Positions 9,818 to 20,828 of a stretch of 64,000 nt of DNA are shown here, piece by piece. The notes below the pieces were generated by a model. The model ran no database searches and was not told the DNA's origin. It was given only the letters and a program-made list of their open reading frames with translations. The translations under genes were made by a program, and so were the position numbers. The DNA is from an uncultured Acidobacteriota bacterium (lineage in GTDB: Bacteria; Acidobacteriota; Thermoanaerobaculia; Multivoradales; UBA5704): the NCBI GenBank assembly GCA_963700145.1, contig OY969474.1:2336001-2400000 (forward strand), given 5' to 3'. The first letter of the stretch is position 1. Each line of letters opens with the position of its first letter.

Positions 9818-12030
9818 TGAGCGAGCCCCGCCAGCCCCGCCTGCCCGGGGCGCCCGGACCCGAGCCCGACACCGCTCTCCTCGAAGGGGTCCTCGAGCGG
9901 ATCGTCTTCGCCAACCCCGAGAGCGCCTGGAGCGTCGTGCGGCTGGCGGTGCCGGACGAGCGCGAGCTGGTCACCGCGGTCGGCAACCTCCTCGCCGTGC
10001 AGCCCGGCGAAAGCCTGCGGCTGACCGGCCGCTGGGAGCAGGACGCCCGCCACGGCCGGCAGTTCCGCGTCAGCTCCTACCAGACCGTCACTCCCGCGAC
10101 CGTCGTCGGGATCGAGCGCTACCTCGGCTCGGGGCTGGTGCGCGGCATCGGCAAGGGGCTCGCCAAGCGCCTGGTCGCGCGCTTCGGCATGGAAACCCTG
10201 GCGGTCATCGAGACCAGCCCCGAGCGGCTTGCCGAGGTGCCGGGGATCGGCCGGAAGCGCAGCGGCGAGATCCGGCGCGCCTTCCGCGAGCAGCGCGGCA
10301 TCCAGGAGCTGATGGTGTTCCTGCAGTCGCACGGCGTCGCCACCGGCCTGGCGGTCAAGATCCACAAGCGCTACGGCGAGGAGGCGATGGCGGTGGTGCG
10401 CGAGAGCCCCTTCCGCCTGGCGGTCGAGGTCTTCGGCATCGGCTTCCGCAGCGCCGACCGGATCGCCGCGGCGCTGGGGCTGCCGAAGGACGCGCCGCAG
10501 CGGGTCGAGGCCGCCCTCCTCCACCTCCTGGGCGAGGCGGCCGAGCGCGGCCACTGCTTCCTGCCGCGGGCGTCTCTCCTGGAGGAAGCCGTGACGCTCC
10601 TCGGCGTCGAGCCGGGGCGGGTCGAGGCGGGGCTCGCGACGCTCGCCGCCGCCGGCGAGGCGATCGTCGAGCCGCTGGCGGACGGCACGGCGGCGGTCTA
10701 TCTCCCGACCCTCTACACCGCCGAGCGCGAGATCGCCGAGCGCGTCGCCGCCCTCGCCGCCACGCCGGCGCCGCCCCTGGCGCTCGACGTCGAGCGCGCC
10801 CTCGCCTGGCTCGAGCAGCGCGAGAAGGTCGCCCTCGCCCCCGAGCAGCGCGAGGCGATTCGGCTCGGGCTGACGCGCAAGGTGCTGGTCGTGACCGGCG
10901 GCCCGGGGACCGGCAAGACGACGCTGGTGCGCGGCATCGTCGAGGTGCTGGAGCGCAAGGGGCTGCGCGTCCTCCTCGCCGCCCCCACCGGCCGCGCCGC
11001 CAAGCGGCTGGCCGAGGCGACCGGCCACGAGGCCGCCACCCTCCACCGCCTGCTCGAGTGGAACGCCCGGAGCCGCGGCTTCGAGCGCCACCGCGAGCGC
11101 CCGCTCGACGGCGACCTCGTCGATCGTCGACGAGGCTTCGATGCTCGACGCGCCGCTCGCCGCCCACCTCCTGCGCGCGCTGCCGGACGCCGCGCGGCTG
11201 GTTCTCGTGGGCGACGTCGATCAGCTCCCGTCGGTCGGCCCCGGCCGGGTGCTCGCCGACCTCATCCGCTCGGGCGCCGTCGAGGTGGCGCGCCTGCAGA
11301 CGATCTTCCGCCAGGCGGAGCGCAGCCTCATCGTCACCAACGCCCACCGCGTGCGGCAGGGCGAGATGCCGCTCCTCGAACCGCTCGCCGGCGACCGCGG
11401 CGAGGCCGACTTCTTCTTCGTCGAGAAGGAGACGCCGGAGGAGGTGCTGGAGGCCCTACGCGAGCTCCTCGTCCGCCGCATCCCGCAGCGCTTCGGCTTC
11501 GATCCGGTCGAGGAGGTGCAGGTGCTGACGCCGATGAACCGCGGCCTGCTCGGCACGGCGAGCCTGAACGGCGTGCTGCGCGAGCTGCTCAACCCGGCGC
11601 GCGGCGAGGCGGCGGGGCCGTCGCGCGGCGGCTTCCGCGCCGGCGACAAGGTGATGCAGGTGCGGAACAACTACGACCTGGAGGTCTTCAACGGCGACCT
11701 CGGGCGGGTGGCGGCGATCGACGAGGCCGAGCAGCGCGTGGTGGTGAGCTTCGACGGGCGGCGGGTCGCCTACGACCCCGCCGCCCTCGACGAGCTGGCG
11801 CTGGCCTACGCCTGCTCGATCCACAAGTCGCAGGGGAGCGAGTACCCCTGCGTCGTCGTGCCGCTGCACACCCAGCACTACGTCATGCTGCAGCGGAACC
11901 TCCTCTACACCGCCCTGACCCGCGCCCGCCGGCTGGCCGTCCTGGTCGGCGAGAAGCGGGCGTTGCGCGTCGCCGTCGGCAACGCCCGCACCCGCGCGCG
12001 GCACACCCGGCTCGCCGAGCGCGCCGCGGC
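9817..12030 (+). CDS. recD2: ATP-dependent RecD2-like helicase; +1 frameshift near 11121 and 3' end lost in the G-rich tract (probable sequence errors)
   Basis: [31 protein letters not shown] in one frame; [41 protein letters not shown] in the next. End is approximate. Confidence 0.85.
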
Positions 12031-12430
12031 CGCGGCTGCGGGGGCGGGGGGGGGCGGGGGGGGGGGGGGCGGGGGGCGAGAGGGGGGCGGGGGGGGGGGA
12101 GGGGAGGCGGGGGGAGGAGGGGGGGGAGGGGAGGGGAGACGGGGAGGGGCGAGAGGAGAGGGGGGCGGGGGGGGAGCGCGGCGGGGGGGGGCGGGCGCGC
12201 GGGGCGCGGAGGGGAGGAGGGGGGGGGGGGGGGGGGGGGGGGGCGCGGGAGGCGGCGGGCGGGCGCGGCAGGGGGGGGGAGGGGGGGAGGGGGCGCGCAG
12301 GGCGGGGGAGCGGGCGGGGTCAGCGGGGGCGGGGGGAGGCGAGGAGGAAGGCGGGGGGGGCGGAGGCGCGGCGGGGGAGGGGGGCGCTCGGCGGGAGGCG
12401 GAGAGGCGAGAGCGCGGGGGGGCGGGCGGC
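12031..12430. repeat. Low-complexity G-rich tract, probably an assembly or base-calling artefact
   Basis: About 400 nt of long G runs with almost no T, replacing the ends of two convergent genes. Confidence 0.7.
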
Positions 12431-14136
12431 GCAGCGCGCGCGGCCGCAGCGCCTCCCGGAGCAGGGGCTCGGCGCGGTCGTTTTCGCCCCGGTCGCTGTA
12501 GACGCGGCCGAGCTCCACGAGGGTCACGGCGACGTCCGGGTGCTCCTCGCCGAGCAGCCGGCGCGCTGGCGAGCGCCTCCTCCAGCAGCGGCGCCGCGGC
12601 GGCGTAGTCCCCCTTCGTCCGAGCAGCGCGCCGAGGTCGTTGAGGCTCTGGGCCACCCGCGCGTGCTCGGGACGGCGATCCGGCGGCCGAGGGAAGCGCC
12701 CGCTCGAGGAGCGGCTGCGCGCGGTCGTGCCCCAGCCGCTGGTACACCCGGCCGATCACCGTCAGCACTCGGCCTGGAGCTCGGGCTGGTCGGCGAGCTC
12801 GGTGCGGACGCGCTCGGCGCCGGCGTCGAGCACGCCGCGCACGGTGGGCTCCCGCGTCTCGCTGCCGAGGGATCGGCGCGGCAGGAGGTCGGCCAGGAGC
12901 TCGCTCACCTTCGCCGCCTTCCGCCTCGAGTCGCGCCCGGTCCCGCTCGGCCGGAGGCGGCGGGAGAAGCGACCAGCCGGCGAGGAGCAGGGTCACCGCG
13001 GCGGCCGTGGCCACGCCCGCCGCGTGCCGCCGCACGAACTTGGGGCGCGGTAGGCGAACGAGTCCGGCCGGGCGCCGATCGGCTGGTGGTCGAGGTAGCG
13101 CCGCACGTCGTCCGCGAGGGCAGTGACCGAGACGTAGCGATCCGCCGGACGCTTCTTGAGCGTCTGGCGACGATCGTCTCGAGGTCGCCGCGCAGCAGCC
13201 GGCGGGCGCGGGGATCGGAGACGGCTTCGGAGAGGCGCTGCGGCTCGGTGTCGACGAGCGCCCGCAGCAGCTCGGCCGGCGAGCGCTCCGCCGGCGCGGT
13301 CGGATGCCGCCCGGTGAGCAGCAGGTAGAGCAGGGGCCCAGGGCGTAGACGTCGGTGGCGGTGGTGATCGGCCCGCCGGTCACCGTCGGGAGCGGCGTAC
13401 TCGGGGGGAGGCCCGGCCGGCCTCGCGGGTGAGCGCGTCGGCGCGGGACGTGTCCGCCCGAGCAGCTTGGCGATGCCGAAGTCGAGGAGCTCACCGCGCC
13501 GGCGGTCGAGACCAGCACGTTCGAGGGCTTGATGTCCCGGTGCACGATGAGGTTGGCGTGCGCTGGGCGACGGCGGCCAGCACGTCCAGGAAGAGACGCA
13601 GGCGCGCTCGACGCTCAGCTCCCGGGCGTCGCAGTAGCGGTCGATGTGCCGCCCTCGACGTGCTCGAGCACGAGATAGGGCTGGCCGTTCGCCGACAGGC
13701 CGGCGTCGAGGAGGCGCGCGATGTGAGGATGGGCGAGCCGCGCCAGGATGCTGCCTTCGCGCCGGAAGCGCTCCGCGCTGGCCAGGCCGACCAGCTCGGC
13801 GTTGAGCAGCTTGACCGCCGCCGAGCCCTCGAAGCGGCCGTCGCTGCGCCGCGCCAGCCAGACGCGCCCATGCCGCCGGCCGATCGGCGAGACGAGGGTC
13901 CAGGCACCGACCGTCTGACCGGCAAGGGAGGCGAAGAGCGGCGGAGTCGGCCCGCCGCCTTCGAGGAAGCGCTCGCGGCCGACCGCGTTCGCCTCGTCGA
14001 GCAGCGTCTCCAGCTCGGCGGCGAGGGCGGGCTCGTCGGCGCGCAGGACGCCGAGCCACGCGGCGCGCTCGTCGCCGCTCATCTCCAGCGCCCGGTCGAG
14101 AAGCGGGCTGAGGGCCTGCCAATGGTCCCTGTTCAT
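12431..14136 (-). pseudogene. Ser/Thr protein kinase with TPR repeats, heavily frameshifted (pseudogene or low-quality sequence)
   Basis: Fragments in different frames: [95 protein letters not shown]. Confidence 0.8.
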
Positions 14137-14692
14137 TCCAGCTTCGCGTCCCGCAGCGAGCGGTGGCGGTAGATGCGCGCCTTGTCCCACTGCCGCTGCA
14201 CGGTGCGCTCCGTCACGCGCTGCACTCGGCGATCTCGAGGAGGCTGCAGCCGCAGAAGAACTTGAGATCGACGACCGCGCCAGCACCGGCTCGACGGCGG
14301 CCAGCTCGTCGAGGGCGTCGCTCAAGCGGGTCAGCTCCTCGCCGTCGGCCGCCGATCGACGGCGTCGCTGGTCAAGGAGGTGAACTCGAAGCCGCCGCCG
14401 CGCTCTGCGCCTGGCGGCGCCGCGCGTAGTCGAGACCAGGCCGCGCATGACCCGCGCCGCGTAGGCCAGAACCGGCCGCGGTCGGGGAAGGCCACGCGCT
14501 CGCGGCGGGAGAGTCGAGATAGGCCTCGTGCAGCAGGCTCGTCGCGCCAAGAGTCGCCGCCGGCCCGCCGTGAGCCAGCTGGTGTCTCGCCAGCCGGTGC
14601 AGCTCCGAGTACAGGGCGGCGAAGAGCGCATCCGGGGCGGACGAGTCGCCGGCCTCGGCGGCGGTGAGGAGCGACGAGAGGCTCGTTTCCAC
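14133..14692 (-). pseudogene. Kinase-associated ECF-type sigma factor, frameshifted
   Basis: LFAALYSELHRLAR...TLGATSLLHEAYL, YAARVMRGL, LSDALDELAAVEP, and TVQRQWDKARI fragments across frames. Confidence 0.8.
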
Positions 14693-14769
14693 GCAAGGCC
14701 TCGACCAAGCGACGCGCAGGACACGCCTAGGCTACTGCCCTCGCGAACGCCGCGGCATGCGCCGAAACG

Positions 14770-14797
14770 AAAAGGGCGGCCCGGCTGGACCGCCCCT
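14770..14797 (-). terminator. Rho-independent terminator
   Basis: Minus strand GGGCGGTCC-AGCC-GGGCCGCCC followed by TTTT. Confidence 0.6.
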
Positions 14798-14821
14798 GTT
14801 ACTTCGTTGTGCGGTCCGGCG

Positions 14822-16428
14822 TTACCGTCCAGGCTCCCCCTCCGGCCAGACCGGTTCGGCCGGCGGCAGCGCGGTCGTCCCCGGCGACGTGCCGTAGTCG
14901 GGGCCGTACTCCGGCTCCGGCTCCGGGGCCGGCGGCGGGGGCGGCGGCGCCACCCAGCGCCCCTCCCGCCGGCTCTGCGACCAGGCGAGGAGCGCGGCGC
15001 CGAGCCCGGTCGTCCAGGCCAGGTACTGGGCCAGGAAGCCGACCAGCATGGTGAAGCCGGCGATCGGCCCGAGGAAGCCGTCGATGATGCCGAGCAAGCG
15101 GCCGACGGTCCAGGCGAGCTGGATCAGCACCACGCCGCCGAACACCGCGAAGTAGGGATTGACGAAGGCGCGGCCGCCCCGTCCCTCGACCCAGCGGCCG
15201 AGCCGCAGCGCCACCCCGACGAAGCCCAGGAAGGCGGCGATCAGCAGCCCCAGGGCGATGAAGGGGTAGAGCAGGAAGAGCGGCCAGCCGATGACCGAGA
15301 CGAGCAGCACGATGGAGACCACCAGGGTGATCGGCAGGATCAGCAGCTGCACCAGGAAGCCCACCGCCGCCGAGCGCCAGGCGTCGGTCGCGACCTGCCG
15401 CTCGATCCGCTCGATCGGGCCGCGCGCCAGGAGCAGCGCCACCGCGCCGATCAAGGAGAGGAAGACGATCCAGACGATCGAACCCAGGAACTCCCCGAAC
15501 CCGCTGTCGTCGCCGCGGTCGTAGTCGGGATCGAAGTCCCAGCCGCGGTGCCAGCGGCGCCGGTCGCCGACCGACCAGAGGGAGACTTCGTTGACCTCGC
15601 CGTGGACCTCGGCGCCCTCGGCGCGGTCCACCCGGCCGCCGACGCTGGTGACGTTGTGCATGACCTCGGCGTTGGGGCCGAGCCGCACGCTGCCGCCGAC
15701 CGCCGTCACCTCGCCGCCCACCCGGCCGTTGATCGTCGCCGAGCCGCCGACCGCCACGACGTCGCCGCGCACCTCGCCGTCGACGCGCACCGAGCCCGCC
15801 ACGGCGACCGCCTCGGAGGCCACCTCGCCCTTCTCGACGACCACGTTCTGGGTGATGCTCACCCGCGAGCCGGAGCGCTGCTGCGGCAGGTCGGGGAAGT
15901 CCGGCGGCGCCGGGGGTTCCGGCACCGGACGGCGGCAGCGGCGGGAGGCCGGCGAGCGGCTCCTCCCCTTCGGGGACCTCGGTCGACTCGGGGAGCGCCT
16001 CGGCCGGCGCCGGCCGGGACGGCCGCCGCGCCGCCGTCGGCGGGGAGGCCGAAGAGCGCCCGCCGCTCGCGCGCGGGCAGGCGGTGGAGGCGGAGGATCG
16101 GCTCGGCCTCCTCGGCCAGCCAGGCGCGCAGCACCTCGGCCGAGAGGCGCTCGCCGTTGACCGCCAGCGTGTCGCCGGCGACCTCGATCGAGCGCACGCC
16201 CAGCCGCTCGACGCGCGGCTTGAGCAGCACGCCGTCGCGGATCGGCAGCACCTCGTATCGCTGCTCGACGGCGCGCCGCAGCTCGGCACGCTCGCCGGCC
16301 TGGGCGGCCGCGAATTGCGGCACGAGCGCCAGCGCGAGCAGCAGCAAGACCGGCAGCGCGGCATAGCCGCGGCCGGGGCGATGCGCCCGGCGCCGATCGT
16401 CGAACGACCTATCCGTGAACGTGGCCAT
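14822..16428 (-). CDS. Membrane protein with a polymer-forming (bactofilin-like) beta-helix region; two apparent frameshifts near 15930-16020
   Basis: Signal-like N-terminus from ATG 16428, Pro-rich linker, VVAVGGSATING/VTAVGGSVRLG repeats, C-terminal TM helices; third gene of the ECF operon. Confidence 0.7.
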
Positions 16429-16972
16429 GGGACCAGCTCCTATCCGTGGCGATGAGTCGGTTGAGAAGGACGAAGGCCGCCGCCCCGAGGAGCAGCGTGC
16501 CGAGAAGGCCGGCGGCGACCGCCGGCGAGCGGAAGGGGGCGGCGAGCGCCCCGGCGAGATCGAGGATGGCGAGCAGCCCATCGAGCGCTCCCACGAGACG
16601 GCCGGAGGCCGCGGCCACGAGCCCGGGCACGGCGCCGAGGAGTGCCGCGGCGTCGAGGCCGCCGAAGAGCTCACGGACCAGCGCCGGAACGAACGGCACC
16701 GCCACCCCGGCCCCGGCCAGCGCCAGCCCGAGGAGCAGCCGCCCCCAGAGCGTGGCGAGCGGGCCGCGCGCCCGGGCGGGCGCCGAGGCGCCGAGGCCCT
16801 CGGGCGCGCCGCCGACGCAGAGCGACGCGACCCGCGCGGCGAAGCCCAGCGGCGGGGCGGCGGCCGGGAGCTGGGCGAAGAGCGCCGCCAGGGCGGCCTC
16901 CGCCGCCTCGGCGTCGTCGTCGCGCTCGGCGTCCAGCCAGCGCCGCAGGGTGTCTTCGTTCTTGGCTCGCAC
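16409..16972 (-). CDS. Putative membrane anti-sigma factor
   Basis: Directly after the ECF sigma; PPLGFAARV motif followed by TM helices. Confidence 0.65.
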   Translation of the reverse strand: MRAKNEDTLRRWLDAERDDDAEAAEAALAALFAQLPAAAPPLGFAARVASLCVGGAPEGLGASAPARARGPLATLWGRLLLGLALAGAGVAVPFVPALVRELFGGLDAAALLGAVPGLVAAASGRLVGALDGLLAILDLAGALAAPFRSPAVAAGLLGTLLLGAAAFVLLNRLIATDRSWSHGHVHG

Positions 16973-16994
16973 GGTCTCCGTCTCCGTTCCCGCC

Positions 16995-17600
16995 TTACGC
17001 GCCGGCGTCGCGCCCGGTTTCGCCGGGGGGAGACCATCCCGCCTCGGCCATCAGCACCGCCAGCGCCTTGCGCGCCCGGTGGAGGTTGGTCTTGATGGTG
17101 CCCAGCGGCTGGTCCAGCGCCTCGGCGATCTCCTGGTAGGAGAGCCCCTCCTGGAAGCGGAGGAGGACGGCGGCGCGGTACTCCGGCCGCAGCCGCCCGA
17201 CCGCCCGCTCGAGGGCCCGCGCCAGGTCGCGGCGGCCGGCGGCGGCCTCGGGGTCCGCGGCGGCGGGGTCGATCAGCACCTCGGCCCAGTCGCGGCGGTC
17301 CTCGACCCCGGCCTCCAGCGGCACCGTGTCGAGCTCCTGGCGGCGCAGGTGGTCGAGCGCCGTGTTGTGGGCGATCTTGAACAGCCAGCTCGAGAACTTG
17401 CGCCCCGGGTCGTAGCTGGCGAGCGCGCGGAACGCCTTGACGAAGACCTCCTGCGCCAGGTCCTCGGCCAGCGCCGGCTCGCGCACCATGCGCACCACCA
17501 GCGCGTAGACCGGCCGCTCGTAACGGCGCACCAGGTCGTAGAAGGCGCGCTCGGAGCCGGCCAGGGAGCTCGCGACGAGCTCGGCGTCGGGGGTTTGGAT
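16995..17600 (-). CDS. ECF RNA polymerase sigma factor (SigW-like); start codon uncertain
   Basis: DAELVASSLAGSERAFYDLV, AEDLAQEVFVKAF, FSSWLFKIAHN, LSYQEIAEAL...GTIKTNLHRAR. Confidence 0.9.
   Translation of the reverse strand: MQTPDAELVASSLAGSERAFYDLVRRYERPVYALVVRMVREPALAEDLAQEVFVKAFRALASYDPGRKFSSWLFKIAHNTALDHLRRQELDTVPLEAGVEDRRDWAEVLIDPAAADPEAAAGRRDLARALERAVGRLRPEYRAAVLLRFQEGLSYQEIAEALDQPLGTIKTNLHRARKALAVLMAEAGWSPPGETGRDAGA
16996..17022 (-). promoter_or_regulatory. ECF (SigW-like) promoter upstream of the anti-sigma gene
   Basis: CGAAAC-N17-CGTA on the minus strand, similar to the SigW consensus TGAAAC-N16-CGTA. Confidence 0.6.
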
Positions 17601-17631
17601 TAGACTCCGCTCCCCATCTCAGGAGGACACG

Positions 17632-18186
17632 ATGCGCATTCTCGTCTCGCTGCTGCTCGCCCTCGCCCTGTCCGTCCCGGCCTTCGCCGGCACGCTGGCC
17701 GGTGTGACGTTCCCCGACAAGGCCGAGGTCAAAGGCCAGACCCTGGTGCTCAACGGCATGGGGCTGCGCAAGAAGTTCGTCATCAAAGTCTACGTCGGCG
17801 GTCTCTACCTGCCGCAGAAGGAGAAGGCGGCGCAGAAGATCCTCGCCGGCGACGCCCCCTCCCGCATGGTCATGCACTTCCTCTACGACGTCAGCAAGGA
17901 CCAGATGTGCGACGCCTGGTCGGAGGGGCTCGAGGCCAACACGCCGAAGGCCTCGGCGGAGGTCAAGAAGAACTTCTCGACCCTCTGCACCTGGATGGAC
18001 GGCGTCGGCGAGGGGCAGAAGCTCGTCCTGACCTACGTCCCCGGCGAGGGCACGCACGTCGAGGTCGGCGGCAAGGCCAAGGGGACTCTCCCCGGCGCCG
18101 CCACCGCCGACGCCATCCTCGCCACCTGGCTCGGCCCCGAGCCGGGACCGGGCGAGGACTTCAAGAAGGACGTGCTGGGGGGCTGA
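17632..18186 (+). CDS. Chalcone isomerase-like exported protein
   Basis: Signal peptide, LVLNGMGLRKKFVIKVYVGGLYL motif; AGGAGG RBS. Confidence 0.85.
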   Translation: MRILVSLLLALALSVPAFAGTLAGVTFPDKAEVKGQTLVLNGMGLRKKFVIKVYVGGLYLPQKEKAAQKILAGDAPSRMVMHFLYDVSKDQMCDAWSEGLEANTPKASAEVKKNFSTLCTWMDGVGEGQKLVLTYVPGEGTHVEVGGKAKGTLPGAATADAILATWLGPEPGPGEDFKKDVLGG

Positions 18187-18191
18187 CGGGC

Positions 18192-18233
18192 AAAAAAAGG
18201 GGAGGAGCGTCAGTCGGGGGCGCTCCTCCTTTC
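18192..18233. terminator. Probable bidirectional terminator
   Basis: A7-GGGGAGGAGCG...CGCTCCTCCTTT hairpin between convergent genes. Confidence 0.65.
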
Positions 18234-18298
18234 GGGAGGGATGAGAGGAGGTTGGGACCTCCCCGCGATCAGCACCCTACGCCCCGCATAGCTAGTTG

Positions 18299-19108
18299 TC
18301 AATATGCCCAAAGGGCCAGGATCGCCAAGCCCAGGGCAAGCCGGTAGACCACGAACGGCAGCAGGCTCCGCCGCCGCAGCCAGGCGAGGAGCCAGGCGAT
18401 CACCAGGTACCCGGTGACCGCCGAGACCGCCACCCCCAGCCCCATCAGCCACAGCCTCTCCGCCGGCGCCGCTCCCGTCGCCAGGTCCACGGCGTCGAGT
18501 GCCGCGGCGGCCACCATGACCGGCACCGAGAGCAGGAAGGAGAAGCGCGCCGCGGCCGGCCGGGTGAAGCCGAGGAGGAGCGCGGCGGTGATCGTCGCTC
18601 CCGAGCGCGAGGTGCCGGGCACCAGCGCCAGCGCCTGCGCGCAGCCGATCGCCAGGGCCGCCTGCCAGCCGATCTCCGCCAGCTCCCGCCGCTGCTCGCC
18701 CACCCGCTCCGCCACCCCCATGAGGAGGCCGTAGCCGATCAGCGTGCCGGCGATGAGCAGCGGGTTGCGCGCCTGGGTGGCGATGAGGTCCTTGAAGGCG
18801 AGGCCGCAGACGACCGCCGGCACGGTCCCGAGGAGAAGCGCCCAGCCCAGCCGCCGCGGGTCGTAGTCCGCGTCGGGGACCGCCGCGGGCCCGCGGAAGA
18901 ACCCCACCACGACGTTGCGCAGGTCGCGCCGGAAGTAGAGCAGGACGGCGAGCAGCGTCCCGGCGTGGATCGCGACGTCGAAGTCCAGCCCCTGGTCGGG
19001 CCAGCCGAAGAGGCGCGGCACCAGGATCAGATGCCCCGAGGAGCTGACCGGCAGGAACTCGGTGACCCCCTGCACGACGGCGAGCACGACGGCCTGCGTA
19101 GGGGTCAT
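18299..19108 (-). CDS. uppP: Undecaprenyl-diphosphate phosphatase
   Basis: QGVTEFLPVSSSGHL and PGTSRSGATI motifs. Confidence 0.95.
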   Translation of the reverse strand: MTPTQAVVLAVVQGVTEFLPVSSSGHLILVPRLFGWPDQGLDFDVAIHAGTLLAVLLYFRRDLRNVVVGFFRGPAAVPDADYDPRRLGWALLLGTVPAVVCGLAFKDLIATQARNPLLIAGTLIGYGLLMGVAERVGEQRRELAEIGWQAALAIGCAQALALVPGTSRSGATITAALLLGFTRPAAARFSFLLSVPVMVAAAALDAVDLATGAAPAERLWLMGLGVAVSAVTGYLVIAWLLAWLRRRSLLPFVVYRLALGLAILALWAY

Positions 19109-19154
19109 CGGCGGCGGAGTCTATTGAAATGCGCGGGCTATACTTCGGCCCCGC

Positions 19155-20240
19155 ATGCGGACCTGGATCGTCACCGGCGGCGCGGGCTTCATCGGCTGCA
19201 ACTTCGTGCGGCTGGCGCTCGGCGAGGCCGGCGTGCGCGCCGTGGTCTTCGACAAGCTCACCTACGCCGGCCGGCTCGAGAACCTCGCCGACCTCCTCGA
19301 CCACCCGCAGGTCCGCTTCGTCCAGGGGGACGTCGCCGACCGCGCCGCGGTGCGCCGCGTCTTCGCCGAGGAGAAGCCGGCGGCGGTCGTCAACTTCGCC
19401 GCCGAGAGCCACGTCGACCGCTCGATCGACGACCCCGGCGCCTTCGTCGAGACCAACCTCGTCGGCACCTACGAGCTGCTGGAGGCGGCGCGCCACCACG
19501 TCGCGGCGCTCCCCGCCGAGGAGCGGGCGCGCTTCCGTTTCCTCCACATCTCGACCGACGAGGTCTACGGCAGCCTGGGTGAGGAGGGCGCCTTCTCGGA
19601 AACCACCGCCTACGCGCCCAACTCCCCCTACGCCGCCTCCAAGGCCGGCGCCGACCACCTGGTGCGCGCCTGGCACGAGACCTACAGTCTCCCCACGCTC
19701 CTCACCAATTGCTCGAACAACTATGGCCCGCACCAGTACCCCGAGAAGCTGATCCCGCTGATGGTCCTGAACGCGCTGGAAGGAAAAGCACTGCCGATCT
19801 ACGGCGACGGCAAGAACGTGCGGGATTGGCTCTACGTCGAGGACCACTGCCGGGGGCTGCTCGCCGTGCTCCAGCACGGACGTCCGGGAGACAAATACAA
19901 CCTGGGCGGGCGCAGCGAGAAGACGAATGAGGAGGTCGTGGACCTCCTCTGCGACGCCCTCGAGCGCGAGCTGCCGGCCGCCGCCAACCCGGCGCTGACG
20001 GCTCACGGCCTTCACTCGTACCGGCAGCTCAAGACCTTCGTCCCCGACCGGCCGGGGCACGACCGCCGCTACGCCATCGACGACACGAAGGTGCGCCGCG
20101 AGCTCGGTTGGGCGCCGCGCCACGACCTGCCGGCCGGCCTCGCGCAAACCGTGCGCTGGTACCTCGGCAACCGCGGCTGGTGCGAGGCGGTGCAGACGGA
20201 CTACCGGCGCGAGCGGCTGGGGCTGCTGCAAGCGACGTGA
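19155..20240 (+). CDS. rfbB: dTDP-glucose 4,6-dehydratase
   Basis: [46 protein letters not shown]. Confidence 0.95.
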   Translation: MRTWIVTGGAGFIGCNFVRLALGEAGVRAVVFDKLTYAGRLENLADLLDHPQVRFVQGDVADRAAVRRVFAEEKPAAVVNFAAESHVDRSIDDPGAFVETNLVGTYELLEAARHHVAALPAEERARFRFLHISTDEVYGSLGEEGAFSETTAYAPNSPYAASKAGADHLVRAWHETYSLPTLLTNCSNNYGPHQYPEKLIPLMVLNALEGKALPIYGDGKNVRDWLYVEDHCRGLLAVLQHGRPGDKYNLGGRSEKTNEEVVDLLCDALERELPAAANPALTAHGLHSYRQLKTFVPDRPGHDRRYAIDDTKVRRELGWAPRHDLPAGLAQTVRWYLGNRGWCEAVQTDYRRERLGLLQAT

Positions 20241-20806
20241 GCGGCGCGCCGCGCTTCCTGCCTACCGAGATCCCGGAGGTCGTCGTCGTCGAGCCGGCGG
20301 TCCACGCCGACGCGCGCGGCTTCTTCCTCGAGACCTACCACGAGCGGAAGTACCGCGAGGGCGGCATCGCCGAGCGCTTCGTGCAGGACAACCACTCCCG
20401 CTCGGTGCGCGGCACCCTGCGCGGCCTCCATGCCCAGCGCGCGACGCCGCAAGGGAAGCTGGTGCGGGCGATCGAGGGGACGATCTGGGACGTGGCGGTG
20501 GACATCCGCCGCGGCTCCCCCACCTTCGGCCGCTGGGTCGGCGTCGAGCTCTCGGCCGAGGACTTCCGCCAGCTCTGGATCCCGGCCGGCTTCGCCCACG
20601 GCTTCTGCGTCGTCAGCGCGGCGGCGCAGGTCGAGTACAAGTGCACGGCGCTCTACGACCCGGCCGACGAGATCACGATCGCCTGGGACGACCCGGAGCT
20701 CGCGATCGCCTGGCCGGTGAGCGACCCCGTCATCTCGGCGCGCGACCGCGCCGCCCGGCGGCTCGGCGAGATGCTGGACCAGCTGCCGCGCTACGGAAGC
20801 TCCTAA
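20237..20806 (+). CDS. rfbC: dTDP-4-dehydrorhamnose 3,5-epimerase
   Basis: [34 protein letters not shown]; GTGA overlap. Confidence 0.95.
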   Translation: MSGAPRFLPTEIPEVVVVEPAVHADARGFFLETYHERKYREGGIAERFVQDNHSRSVRGTLRGLHAQRATPQGKLVRAIEGTIWDVAVDIRRGSPTFGRWVGVELSAEDFRQLWIPAGFAHGFCVVSAAAQVEYKCTALYDPADEITIAWDDPELAIAWPVSDPVISARDRAARRLGEMLDQLPRYGSS

Positions 20807-20828
20807 GCCGTTCGCTCTGGGCGGGAGC

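Noticed and set aside
11100-11140. Programmed frameshift in recD2
   Set aside because: A single extra base just before Walker B with no slippery sequence; similar indels are scattered through the window
12031-12430. Functional G-quadruplex or Gly/Pro-rich coding domain
   Set aside because: It truncates two genes and borders an indel-dense stretch, so an artefact is more parsimonious
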